The position numbers were made by a program, and so were the translations under genes. 64,000 nt of DNA from NCBI GenBank assembly GCA_965153285.1, contig OZ229112.1; one strand, written 5' to 3'. Under the pieces are notes generated by a model. It was not told where the DNA came from. It made no database searches and saw only the letters and a list, made by a program, of their open reading frames with translations. Numbering within the stretch: position 1 is the first letter of the stretch; each line of letters begins with the position of its first letter. Positions 1 to 26,412 of the stretch are shown here, piece after piece. Origin of the DNA: Podarcis tiliguerta (taxonomy: Eukaryota).

Positions 1-282
1 TGTATCGTAATCTCTTGGCTGTCTAATCACGAATCACATCAGAGATGGGTAAACAGTGTGCTGCTTGCTGTGAAAAATTATCCTTGAAAGAATGCCAAAT
101 GCCTTCCAACACCGGCATAAAAACACACATCTCACCTGGAGACAGGGGCAAAGGGTTGGGTATGAAACAAAAAGATTGGGGGTGAGGGGCCACTCAATGT
201 GGCTTGTGCCCAACTTAATTCTGCTTGCAGGTATCTGAGCATAGAATCATAGAATTGTAGAGCTGGAAGGGATCATCTAGTT

Positions 283-825
283 CAGGGGTCAGCAAACTTT
301 TTCAGGAGGGAGCCGGTCCACTGTCCCTCAGACCTTGGGGGGGCTAGACCTACCCTCTCCCGAAAGCATCCCCCCCTCCCGAAAGCACCCCCCCGAAGGA
401 CCCCCCTCTCCCGAAAGGACCCCCTGCCGCTGCCACTCATGCCGCCACTGCTGCCTCATGTTTGGCAGCATCTTTGTCCTCTTCCTCAGCCAGGGATCTG
501 CGAGGTGCAGAGCCCAAGCCGCTGGCCTGGGCGGTGGAGGCAGCTTCCCTGCCGCCGCTGCTTCCTCCCTCTCGGCTCTTGGCCATACGTGGCTGCCTCA
601 GTGAGAAGGAAGGGGCGTCACCCAGAGGCATCTCCAGCTTCAGATTGGCTGCAGAAGCTGCGCCAGCATCGCAGAAGTCAGTCCCCGCGCAGCAAGGCTT
701 CTAAACCAGGCCGGTTTAGCGCAAGGACTGACCAAGCGGGTGGCAGGGTCCGCAAGGTTTGCGGGTTGGATTAATGAACCCGGTGGGCCACATCCGGCCC
801 CCGGGCCTTAGTTTGCCAACCCCTG
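283..825. mobile_element. Non-autonomous hAT-type DNA transposon
   Basis: TIRs CAGGGGTCAGCAAAC...GTTTGCCAACCCCTG; 8-bp TSD ATCTAGTT / ATGTAGTT; internal CCCGAAAG(C)n repeats. Confidence 0.85.
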
Positions 826-872
826 ATGTAGTTCAACTCCCTGCAATGCAGCAATATCTAGCTGTCCCATAT

Positions 873-1403
873 AGTCTCCTGGTATGCCCCACGGAGGACC
901 TTACGGTCTGCAAATAATAACACCTTAGAGGTCCCGGGCCTCAAGGAGATTAGAGTGGCCTCAACCAGGGCCAAGGCCTTTTCAGCTGTGGCCCTGGCCT
1001 GGTGGAATGCTCTATCACAAGAGACCAGGGCCCTGCAGGATCTGACATCTTTCCGCAGGGCCTGCAAGACGGAGCTGTTCCGCCAGGCCTTTGGCCAGGG
1101 TCCAGTCTGACTCCCCCTTTCTCCTTATAAGAACTTGCATGAAAGTGGTCCCCCAACTTTTCTCACAGGCTCATACAAGATCAGTATAAACAGTTAGGCC
1201 TGGTGAGCATTTAAGGTCCCCATCCCTAATTTGCAGGTTACCATCTGATTGGATTTCACTTTGATTCTGATTTGATTTTAGGATGTATTTTAATTGGTTG
1301 ATTGCTTTTATGGTAATATGTTAAATATTTGATGTTAACCGCTCTGAGCCTTGTTTTGGCCAGGGAGGGCATGGTATAAATAAATTTAGTAGTAGTAGTA
1401 GTA
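873..1403 (+). mobile_element. L2-clade LINE 3' fragment
   Basis: Translates to a typical ORF2 C-terminus (RTLRS..AFSAVALAWWNALSQETR..FRRACKTELFRQAF), then a 3' UTR and an AATAAA/(AGT)n tail. Confidence 0.75.
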
Positions 1404-1562
1404 TGGGGATTGAACTTGCAACCTTGGCATTATCAGCACCATGTTCTAACCAACTGAGCTATCCAAGTTGTTCACAAGGTCAAACATCTTTGCTTGTATT
1501 TTATGCATAACAAATCAATAGACACTTTATACTGTATTTCTTTTCTGTTTTTAGGTGCTGCG

Positions 1563-14882
<13,320 letters not shown>

Positions 14883-15298
14883 ATGTCCATTAAAGTGCAT
14901 ATGAAGCAATCGTTGTATAACTGTTGGCTGGCAGCCAGGGTTTTCCTGGCTTCCCCTTCTAGGGTGATGAACAGCATGTGCACACAGACACACACACTAG
15001 AATTGTCTTGGGTTAATGCAAGCCCATGTGTTTTCTTTTATTCTGAATGTTTCCTTCTGCAACTGATCAGGCACGTTGCTTCCCTGGCAGTATTTAAACA
15101 AACTGCAAATGGAAATAATGTCTCATCGCTTTGTCTTCTAGCAACTTGCTTTCGAAGTCTGCGGCACAGCCAGTTAGTACAGTGAGTGGCACTGTAATAA
15201 GCAAAACAATTGCATTCCTGTTTCCTCTGGGTTCCTTTTATTATTGGCCAGCTGTTCTTGCATTGTGCAATGGTCTCCTGCAGTCATTTCACATACAC

Positions 15299-15304
15299 AA
15301 TAAA
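15299..15304 (+). terminator. Probable TRAF3IP2 polyadenylation signal
   Basis: AATAAA about 420 nt after the stop codon, followed by GT/T-rich sequence. Confidence 0.55.
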
Positions 15305-17403
15305 ACTGTGGTCTTTCGTATGGATTGCTATCGTTCTCACTGTAGAGAAAGACACGAGTGTTTCAACAGTTTAATTGTGGGTAAACACAGACATTAACCC
15401 CCTCCCCAAGGTTAATGGGTCTCTCTCTCTCTCTCTTTGAGTGTGTGTGTGTAATCTTTTTCATACATCATGGAATTTTCTTTGCTGGTTTGGCTGTGAA
15501 CCATAGCATAATGATTTTATGCTGGATTCGGGCAGCATAAACTGTTAAACGCCGGTCAAGCACCATCTGTGCTCTATTTGAATACCCTACCACTTATTAG
15601 GGTAGAGCTGCACATTACACTTGACATGCGGCTACTCCCCCAAACAGCATCCCCTAATGTCAGTCTCCCCTATTACATGCAGAATTGCTTATCCTGTGAC
15701 ATGACAACTCCATGAACTGCATTTCTTTACCAGTGTCAGCTGGGGATACTGTATGTAAACCCGAGGGATCTTTATTGAGAAGGCAGCTGTTGACATGGGT
15801 GGAGGACAGTTAATGGCTACATTCCCTGTTCAACAAGAGATGGTAGCTTACCCAACCCACCGCAAGCCCAATAGAAGCATGAGGTTGTGTTGTTTTTTTT
15901 ACAGGATTGCAACTGGGATGATAAGGCTTAAAGCTCACCTCCCTGTGTGTTGTGGTACTGATCAAACTCAGGGTTCCATAACTATTGCTCATTACAAATA
16001 TAAATAAATAAACACCACCTATGACTGATTTAGCATTCTGAGTAGTTCTGCCCTTAGACTGTAACCTACGGCATATTGGGAAGTAAGTTCAACTGAAGCT
16101 GACAGAACTTCATTCTGAATAAAGCTGAACACAGAATAGGTTGGAAAAAGTTTACTGCTGGTTTGACTTAATTAAAACTAGTGTGAAAGGGAAAAGGAGG
16201 CCCGATAGTATAGATCATGAAAATGAGTCTCAGAACATGCCAGGAGTTGAAGAAATATTACCATATATTTGCTGCCCAAATCCATTATTTTTCCATGTAA
16301 ATAACAACATAACAAATGAGATAAGCGCTCAGTTAATTAATGAGTACATTAAGGCTGCCATTCTTACCTAGCAGAAATTATTGATCTGGGGTAATCATGA
16401 AGGTAGAAAGTTGCCACAAGAGCATGTTTAGAATGAGAGAATGTGTCTTCCCCCACCACCCACCAAGAGTAATTGGATTTATATAGGAGCTAATGCAGTG
16501 CAGTTTCCCCTCTCAAAACAGTATTTCAGCTGACGCACACACAAACCTCTAACTCCAAATTGAATGCCAATTTCATTGTTCTCTTCAGACCCCTAAACAC
16601 CCATACATTTTGGGCACATTTTATTAAAATGTTAGGGACATAGTGTATTCATACAGTTAAGCATGTCTTTGGCACCTTAAAAATACAATACAGTGTGCTT
16701 TATAGGTTTTTGTTTTAAAAACTGCTCTGAATAGGATGGGAGCATTGCAAGTGGGGGCCGCGCCAGTGCAGCTGCATCTCTGCATCAGTCCTTAGATTTC
16801 ACATGGAGATGCAGCTGACAGGAAACTTCCAAAAAGGTACAAGTACCCTATTAGTCCCATGATCCATTGTAGTGCTGCACTGTACCTATAGGCATGAACC
16901 GAACATTTCATTAGTGTGCACCCAGGGGAATTTTCTTTTAAGGTGAAAATTTATTGAATGCATACTCATACACAATCATAAATGAGATTGTTTTTATCCA
17001 AGGAAACTAAAGAAACTGAAACGTTTTTAAAAATTAACTAAACTTTATTTTAAAAATGCAAACTTAAAAAATGAGACACAAAATACATTATTTTTTTTCC
17101 TGTAGATAAACAGGCATATACAAACAGTCCATGTTCATGATTTTTATCTTTAACCAGATAAGGAGCTAACCTAAACCAGCCAAAACATATGGCGTCTTTC
17201 TTTCTGTCCTAAAGAATGAGACGATCTCTCACCAGGTGTTATGGACTTAAATTGCTCAATCACATTACTGCAATTAACTGACGAAGCAAAGGGCAAGATG
17301 AATCCTCCTCCATCTCCTTGCTTGCATGCCACAAAAGCAGCCCCTCACTCCAACAGATTTCTCTCTACAAAATGGGGTGAGCGGAGCTTGGACAAAGCCA
17401 CAA

Positions 17404-17615
17404 GACAGAGATGCAGGCAGAAGGAAAGGGCTGGAATGGATCTGCAGCTTCTGCCTGCATTTGACTCTGGAAACGGCAGTGGGGTGATTGGCTCCAGTGG
17501 CGGCAGTACAGGAGGAGCCAATCACCCCACTGCCACTGCCACTTCCAGAGACATACACAGGCAGGAGCTGCAGATCCATTCTAGCCTTGTTATTCTGCCT
17601 GTATCTCTCTCTGTC
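17404..17615. repeat. Long imperfect inverted repeat of about 210 bp
   Basis: GGCTGGAATGGATCTGCAGCTTCTGCCTG pairs with CAGGCAGGAGCTGCAGATCCATTCTAGCC; GGCAGTGGGGTGATTGGCTCC pairs with GGAGCCAATCACCCCACTGCC. Confidence 0.85.
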
Positions 17616-20600
17616 TGTTTTCCTCCTCCTTTCTCCTACTTTTGTCTCTCCTCCCTCCGCCACTTTCCCACAGGTTATGGCAACTGACAGAGCCAGGTTG
17701 CTGCTCCATACCCTCTCCTCCTCACTATGATCCTTCTCTTTTTGAAACATTAGGATGTGTCTGGGTGTACCCCGTGTGCATGCCAATGACCATCCCAAGA
17801 ACTGCCCATTTGCCACTCTGAAGAGCCAAAACAAATGTGAGGTTAAATGCACTTAACATGCCTGTTTTTACTCTTAACAACAGCAACTGTGCAGGATGGG
17901 GTTAAGAGAATTGTGGCCAATAGGAGGGTGTGTGTTAACCACAGCAGCCCCTCCCCACTTGCTATTGTGCTGCTAGCCCAATAAGAGAAGCTTCCATTAG
18001 CAAACACACACAAAATTACTCCCTCGCTTTTAGGTTCTTTTTGGCACCATTTAAACAAGAAAGCCAAAACCTATTACTACATGCGCAGTAAGATAAACAA
18101 GAGAGCTTTGCCCAAAAGAGTTGTTTAATTGAAAAGGCCTGTTGTTAAAGGCCTAGCATCCCTTATCTCAAGTTACCAGGGCTGGGGGTGCAGCAGGAAT
18201 CAGGAATGACTGCTACTAACCTCTGTAAAGTTCAAAGGGAGAAATAGTTTGTAGCTCTGTGACACACAAGCGAGACAGGCTGCTGAAAGGGAAAGATAAT
18301 TACTATAATTTATCACTTGTCCACATTAATGAAGCTTGGGTGAATACCTGGATTTTTAAAGAAACAAAGCTGCATATCCTTGTACAACAAGTTTACCATG
18401 GTAACAGGCAGAAACTAGCCTCTTGGAGCTATCCTATCACTGAAGGGACAGAGTAGGTTTGACTTAGACTTGAAAGAAAACAGTCACGTACTCAAAGAAA
18501 TGCCAGTGGGCAGGGCTTACTAAAGCAGCTCTGTTTGTGTTCTTTCTGATAATCAGGCAAAGGGTATTTGTTTATTTAAAGATTGTTCCTTGTCCTAATC
18601 AAGAATTGGCCTTGGGTTGTTTTGTTCTGCTGTTTAGAGACCTGGATCAGAAAAATAGGGAACCCTTACCTTGGGGTCCCTATAGTGTAGTGCTGCCACT
18701 TGTATTTAGATAGAAAAGGAGGGCAATGAGCTTATATTTCAGGCCTTATGTAATCAGGCTTCAGAAATGCTTCTATTTATGCCCACAGCTCCAATTCTGT
18801 ACAATGAATGTAGGATGCTGCTGAATCCTGAAAAGGGTCCTTGCCAGTTGCTTTGGCGAGCTTCCCTTTATCTGAAAAGGAAGAGCGGAAGAAGCAAAGA
18901 CAAGTTCCTCAGTGTGCTTGTGTCCTAAAAGCCTTTTAATTGATTTCTAGTCCTTCATTGCACTTTTTTTAAAAACACACAAAGCTCATGAATTTCAGCA
19001 TAGCCACACCTGTTCCATTAAAATAATATTTGTACAGTCAAGCAGCAGCTATACAGCTTAGTTTATCAGCACAGATAAGGGCCTACCAGCAGAAGGGAAG
19101 CTCATAAAAGGATTGTTGCTCAGAGGTGCAGCTCCTGCTTTGTATCTACACCTAGGGCTAGGAAAGACTCCTGTCACAAAACTCTGGAAAGCTGGTATCT
19201 ATCAGTGGAGACAGTACCGAGCTAAATATGCCAATGGACTGACTCCATAGTGTCCTATGTTCCTAAATTCTCTAAATGTATCAAAATCAAAGTTAATTTC
19301 ACAAACAGTGCCCAAACATAATATTGCATATAAATCAGTTTAACAGTCTAGCTGTTTTAGTTGCTACACCACTCCCACTAATAATAATGTGAGTGGGCTC
19401 ATGTCTAGGCATGTAAGAAACACATTTTTATCAAGCCCAGCTAACACATGGACACAGTGTCCATGCAATACAACGTACTGTACATGGTACACAGTACATT
19501 GTACACAGTACAAATGTGAAGGCTTTAGCTGACAGCTAACTGTGCATTGATTTACACTTTATTACTAAAGGTTCTCTGTAGCTTCATTGAGACTATGTTC
19601 CTTTCCGTGCTTCCTCTCTGAGCTTCTGAATAAGGATAGGGGAGAATGAACTTCCTGAATCATTCACTTCACTACAAAGAAATGCATTGTTTTCTGACCA
19701 AAGAAGCCTATCCATCAGTAAACAGTTTGTGTGGGAGCCTCTGAAGAGTCTTCTAGGAGGAGAGCTTATTCTCCCAGATCTATTTGTCTAATGAAGTGGA
19801 TCATGTGATAAATGTGCATAATGAGTTTTCTCAGTTGCCAGTGGAAATCCTAGCAGATAAAACACTAAATCTCACAGGCATCACTGGATGCATAACAAGC
19901 TGATCACAGAGAGCCAAAGTCATTTGGAGAATTCTTCCTTTTCTCAACCAGAATGAAGATGCACAAAAAAGCTAATGTACTCCCCATCTAAATTCTAAAA
20001 CCTTGGCCTCACCAAATCCTATCAAGTCTATTACACAACATATACTACAACTTAAGAAAATGTACAAATCACAATTTGCTGTTCACCTGCTAGTTCCAAT
20101 GTATGAAAGTATTACTGCCACATAGGGGGTGGCCTTTAGGGGAGCATATCCTCTCCCCCTCCCCCATGTTGTGGAAAAACTGTTTTACTCAATAACATAA
20201 TCTGAAGTATAAAATAGGATACCACAGTTGAACAACACATAGCTCTGCTTTAAATCACTGACCAAAGCTGAGGAAATAACATTACTGACATTTAACTCTG
20301 GTTCCTGTTATCTCCAATAGCAAGTGATGTGAAAGATTACCTCAGGTCCCCCCCAGGTGACCCATTTATTGAGCATTCGTGATTTCCCCCCAGGGAAATT
20401 AGATGGCATTTGGCTATTGAAGGAGCATTCATTCTGATTTGTTTGTGAGGTGGTTAGATGACATTGCATCAAAGCGGTGTTATCTCACACTTTCTAGTGC
20501 ATTTCCAATCACTTTCCTTATCACAAGAAGTGTGATCTTTTGAGGAAGCAAGTTTGTTGCACAACTATGACTGAGCAACCTGAATTTGCCAGTATGTGAC

Positions 20601-21582
20601 AGAATCTGACCTGGAAATAGTAAATTTGGAAGTGCCCTCAGACACAGAAGAGTCATTGACAAAGCAGACAATGGGCAAGGATGGACAAATAGTCTGATCT
20701 GGTGATAAAATAGCTTGTGTTCCTTTGTTTTAGAAATCCACATATGAAGTTAGAGACCTAGCTGCTTATTAAGTATTATTTCTAGCACTACAATACTTCT
20801 CTTAGGCTGCCATTCTATGCCTACTCATGTGGGAATAAGTCCTATTAAACTCAATGTGGCTTACTCCTGAGTAGTCATGTGCAAGATTGTGCAGTTAATT
20901 GTGTTTTTGTTTTGTTTTTTTGACTGCATATAAGTAGCTAACTAGCTGAGGGCCAGATTTTGCCCTGGTATGGTTCCAAAGAAGTACAGTATCACATCTG
21001 GAATTAATTACACCATGGCTTCATGAAGTAAGGCTCTACTTTTGCAGAAGTTATACAATATTTAATGTTACATTTGGAAAAGCTATACTTTTTTCACTGA
21101 GCTGTGGAAAACAATCCTTTCTGTTCTATGTGGGCTAAATAAGGAGTCTGTTCTAAAAATAGTCACTCATATTGGTCTAGTTATAGCAAGAGTTATAATC
21201 GTTTACAGATCTGTGAGGATCAAGTTCAAGTGAGGACATACAAGCAGAGAGGAACGGATTTGCATTTGGCCTGTTAACTGAGAAGCCATGTTCTTGTTTG
21301 CTCATTAGCAGAACTGAAATGATCTTAGCTCTCCATTTAGTTTGAGATGCTAGGGTTCCATACTTCAAGAAATTATATTTCATTCTGTAAAGAGATACTT
21401 ATATAAATATTGTGGAGTCAGTAAGCTATGGTTAACTGTAACATTTTTTTACAAGTATCCATTTTGTTAAATATCAAAAGCACGCATAAAAAGGAAATCA
21501 AACAACTACAATGATATAGCCTTGCCACAAATACAAATCAAAACTAAACAATAAATACATACTACGTATTCCAAGAGTGCAG

Positions 21583-21690
21583 AACATTTGGTCCTCCAGA
21601 TGCTGCTGAACTAAAACTTCCATCATTCCTGGCCAGCTGATGCTAATGGGAGTTGTAGTTCAGGAACATCTGGAGGGCAAAAGGTTCCAC
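21583..21690. mobile_element. Short palindromic MITE remnant
   Basis: CCTCCAGATG..GAACTA..CCATCA / TGGGAGTTGTAGTTCAG..CATCTGGAGG; same type as 55077-55212. Confidence 0.6.
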
Positions 21691-24600
21691 ACAGCTGATC
21701 TAACATGACAAATGAAAGAACAGGTAAATCCATTTTCCAATCACATATTAATAAACAATTCTGTTTTCTTCTACTGAATTTTAAATGTAGCTCAATAAAT
21801 ATATTAAAAGGGTGATTGTGGTCTGCTATTTATTCAATCAGAATATACGGAAAGGCACATCAGCATTCTCCGTAGCATTTTAAATGTTACCCTCAAGATA
21901 AATAGAATGCTTACATTAGAACATAGCAAAGATTAACAGTTAACTGCAGAATAAACAGCACAATTTGAGGGACACTACTGAAACTCACACTAGGCATAAT
22001 TTTATCATTTACAGCCCTGTATTCAGAGGACTGATCTTGCATATTTCCCATTTACTGTAAACAGAAGTCCTACAAGTTGAGTGATTTGAAAAAGCTAACA
22101 GTTATTTTGCAGCAGTACACTCTAAGAAAGGGATCCTACTTTCGCTTAAAACATAAGCAAGAGCTAACGAGAAAAGATGCATCTAGGAAAATTAAGATAT
22201 AAGAAAAGCAACCTAATAAAACATATGAGAGAAAGTGAGAACCATTTTGCAAAAGCTGAAAATGAGCAGTAAATGAAATGTGAATCTGCACTGTGATGCC
22301 AATTTCAAGAAAGCCATTGCAGGCTTGAGGCAAAAGTACTAAGAACAGAAAGATAAGAACTCATCACAATGTCTGCTTAGACTGAGATGATCTGTTCCTG
22401 CAGATTCCACAGCACTGTGGGATCATGCAAGGTCCTCAGCATTCAAAGCAGCTGAAAACACAAGTAACTGCTCATTTATTTAATTCAATAAACAAAATAG
22501 AATTTTGTCATGTTTTCTCTAGAAAAAAACTGACCTCATTTATTAAATATTTTACTTGTTGAAACAACTGAAATATTCAAGGTTGACAGCTTTTCCATGC
22601 TCAGGGTTGCTGGACATAACACAGATTGTTTCAAAAAAAATCCTTTCATACATTTTCCACCGGCAAACAGAGCTGCAGTAGAAATTACATGTTCATTATC
22701 AGGACCTGCAAAACAATCAAATACTTTATACTAGAAAAAAACTAGCAGTAGCTAAAAATTTGTTTGCCCACTGTTTTTCACAAATTCTGCTATTTCTCTA
22801 TTCCAAATATCACTTTCTACGCTGTTGTGACATGGAGTTCACAACTATGTACTGCATCCCAAGTCACTGAATGCAAACCAATTCCAGCTGTTGGACTTAC
22901 TATGAATGGGGAGTAGCAGAACATATGAGCATGCAGGGCCTGGGGAAAAAACTAGTTCTGCCGCTGCTACCACTAATAGACATGAAAAGTACCATCACAA
23001 AACTGAAGTTAATCAGAACCACCAATCAAGCTATAGTTGTTAAATGTTCACACACACACAATAGAGCCATTGCAGAGCCAGCTATTAAAACAGCAAATTT
23101 TTTGTTTGCATTCCTGGTGGTCTTTTCAAAACTAATATTATTATTCCTTTCCATAAGCGCAAACCATAGATAATTAAGCATCAATCTTACACGACAATCC
23201 ACAAGACTTAACCATAACTTGAAATTCTATTGCTTTGAGTATCATTCACAGACACATGCTTAATTTTCAATGAAGCACACTCTACCAGTACACTCATAGC
23301 TACTAATTCAGATGAGCCTATATAAGAAATGTTAAATAGTTGGTGGAAAAAAAACTACTTTCATTCTTTGACATGCTTCTATCTTCCTTTAAATGGTCCT
23401 GTGATTCCTTGGAAGGAGCCTCACTAGTATATTTGATGAGAAAGATGAACCCGGACCTGAAAACATTAGAAAGAAATATCGTTTTTACTTCTTTGCATCC
23501 CTATTTTTTAACTTAACTTTTAAAAATCCATTAAAAGAGTATTTATTTCATAAACAAAGTGAAGACAGTAACTTTATATGAAAAAGATTGCTCTATTATA
23601 TATACATATACACACACACTTTTAAATTGTATTTTTAAACATAATAAAATCTGACAGAAATTAACAGAACAGGGTCCATCTATCACATTTGTTTCAAACT
23701 TTGATGACTTTGGCTTATCAGTTAATATTGAGAAATTAATGCTATCCCTGTCCTCTTTACTTTTTGCAGACAGGGGGGAAATGATTCCTCACAAAACAAT
23801 GTTCTGTTGATTCCAGCTTCATTATATTTAAAAATTTAGCTAGATTGATTTTAACTAAATTAATTTTGTGTAATGGTGTAATTTATTTGCACCATTGTTG
23901 CTTTGTGGAGTTATGGTTTGTTTTTAACTTTTTACCCAAGTTTTTTAGTGTCATGCTATTTTGTTTTTAATATGTACAACTCAGAAGGCAATTTGGGACA
24001 GATAGGTGACTAAGAAATGACTCAATACATGCATTTAGGCAGAGCTGTTTAATTTTATTTGGTACCAATTATTTATTCAAATTTGTAGCTGATTACTGAG
24101 GAATGTAAATGTTGCTTAGCAACAGATGTCAGAAGTTCTGAAGGGCAAAGGGCAGAAATTCCTCATTTCAACATGAAATCTGATTAGGGCCTTTGGATAT
24201 TGCATAATATGGTAAGTATCTTCTTTTCCCTGTGAAATTTCTATTTTAACAGTGGCTAACGAGCTTCAACAATGTTCATAATAAGTGTTTGTGCACACTC
24301 TACGAACTTCAGAGGTGTATGTCGACAATGATTTTTTTTAACATTAAAATAATTTGAGTGACAATTTACCAGACAATATGTTTCAGCTCTAAACAGGATT
24401 TGAACACATCTGTTCAAGAAGATAAATACAGAAACAGACAATTGGTGTCTCCCTGCACCTCTGCACACTCTCCAAAAGCAGCTCACACTTTTCCCCTCCA
24501 CACTGTCTGCAAGGTTGCTCACACTCTCCAACTGCCCCCTCTGAACACTCTCTCAAGGTGAGTGCATTGGTGGGTAGGATTGCTGGACACCTATTCCCCT

Positions 24601-25759
24601 TTAATTTTTTTGAGCCAAATGTGTAAACTTGAACTTGCATGTGTTAAATGAACATAAGTCACAGGTTATCTGTACTGGACAAAAAAGGAGAGGGGGGAGA
24701 AATTCCCCTATATTTTCAGAACTGACCCTTAGTTATCTCTTAGGAAACTGACGTACACAGAGTCAGACCACTGGTCCACCTAACTCAATATCAACTCTTG
24801 ACCTGGTTTGCACATCGTATCAAACCACAGTTTAACATTACATGTGACTTCAGTCAAGCACTTTACTATGGTCTGTTAACAAAAAAGCCATGGTTTGTTG
24901 CTGACTTTAACTATAGTTTAGCATTTTGTCTGACAGTTTTCTAACCATGGTTTCATGGTTGTTGGTTGGCTTGCCCCACTCATATTGCTCCTCAAGCAAC
25001 TGGGAAACCAGGCAAGAGCAGCTGAAAAATAAAACCCTCTCCATTCTCAGCTCTTCTTGTCACTTTCTCCTAAGCTGTTATTACCATTAGTTGTACACTT
25101 TCTGCTTTCTAACCTCACCATCCAACCTTTGATTCACAGCTGCGGCAAACACTGCAGATGAATTGATTAATATTTTGGTAGATTTTTTTACTGTTGAAAT
25201 ATTGAACTTATCTGTGGGTGGGTGGGGGAACTGAATAATGTTTTGTTGCATGCCTTACTTAACCCGCAGAGAGCTTCTCAAGAAAAAGTGAAGACAGCAA
25301 AGTATGCCTATCAACAAGGTCTGTTCCTGGAATTCCTTCCCTCCACATTCCTCTTTATAGCAGTGGCTTGGAACATTTAGAAAACTTTCATGGAACATTT
25401 CCAAAGTCTGCACTGCTTAAGAAGGAACCATTCCCCCACAAGCAGCAATTTGTTCCCCTCTTTTCTTTCCACTATACCACTGAACTATGACTCTTCTTCT
25501 TCAGATGGGAAGATTATAACTGACACAATGTAAGCCAGTATACAAGAAACCAGCAGAAATTTAGCAACCATTTTATGCTTACTATTCCCTGAATTTCTAC
25601 TCTTAGGTTCCTGTTAGAGAAATCTGATTTGAGGTTGGCCTAAGTCCTGAAAAAGAGGCATTCCGCAGGGACACTTACCCATTATGTGAAACTCTGTTCA
25701 GCTTGGTCACATGTCCTACCAACCCAGCATAACTCATACTTATGAGTTATAAGTATCTG

Positions 25760-25786
25760 ATACATACATACATACATACATACATA
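25760..25786. repeat. (TACA)n microsatellite
   Basis: Read directly. Confidence 0.9.
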
Positions 25787-26189
25787 TCTGATCATATTAA
25801 CAGTGAATATTGTGTGTGTGCTTCTTATCTTGGGTGACCAGTAGCATAGTCCAGTAAATGGGCCCAACTGATGCTACTGCACTGCTGAGAACCCCTACTA
25901 GGTTTGGCAGGTCTATTATATCATTGCAAATCACAAGAGCCCACAGTTGGCTTATCTATGTGACAAACTAATGACCAAAAGGGCACCAACAAAACTAAGC
26001 ATGTGGTAACAGTAGGTAAGTGTGCTTGTCCATCGATTACAGTGGCTGACAAAATAGCTCAAGGAAATCAAAAAGGCCATAACTCTTTCAAGCAGAATCT
26101 GAAGGTTTCACATAGCCAGTATGATTAATAGCTATTGATAGACCTGGTCTCTGTAAATTGTTCTTATCCCCTTTTAAAACCATCAAATA

Positions 26190-26412
26190 CAGTGGTACCT
26201 CGGGTTACATACGCTTCAGGTTACAGACTCCGCTAACCCAGAAATAGTACCTCGGAACTTTACTTCAGGATGAGAACAGAAATCGTGCGGCGGCGGTGCG
26301 GCGACGGCAGCGGGAGGCCCCATTAGCTAAAGTGGTCCTTCAGGTTAAGAACAGTTTCAGGTTAAGTACGGACCTCCAGAACGAATTAAGTACTTAACCC
26401 AAGGTCCAACTG
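26190..26412. mobile_element. Tc1/mariner MITE family A
   Basis: TA|CAGTGGTACCTC...ACTG|TA; colinear with 3487-3712; CpGs retained. Confidence 0.88.

Larger units (their letters stand above)
238..1465 (-). mobile_element. tRNA-headed, CR1-tailed squamate SINE, split by two later insertions
   Basis: Minus-strand head has A box TAGCTCAGTTGG and B box GTTCAATCC (1404-1465), body at 826-872, tail TTCTATGATTCTATG (238-282). Colinear with the intact copy at 12285-12429. Confidence 0.8.

Noticed and set aside
335-774. Several overlapping GC-rich ORFs
   Set aside because: They lie inside the hAT element and show no transposase or other protein motifs
1404-1465. tRNA-like sequence with A and B boxes on the minus strand
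   Set aside because: It has no complete acceptor stem and continues into a SINE body and tail, so it is a SINE head, not a tRNA gene
17241-17852. Overlapping 148-aa and 192-aa ORFs on opposite strands
   Set aside because: Their mirrored peptides are an artefact of the inverted repeat
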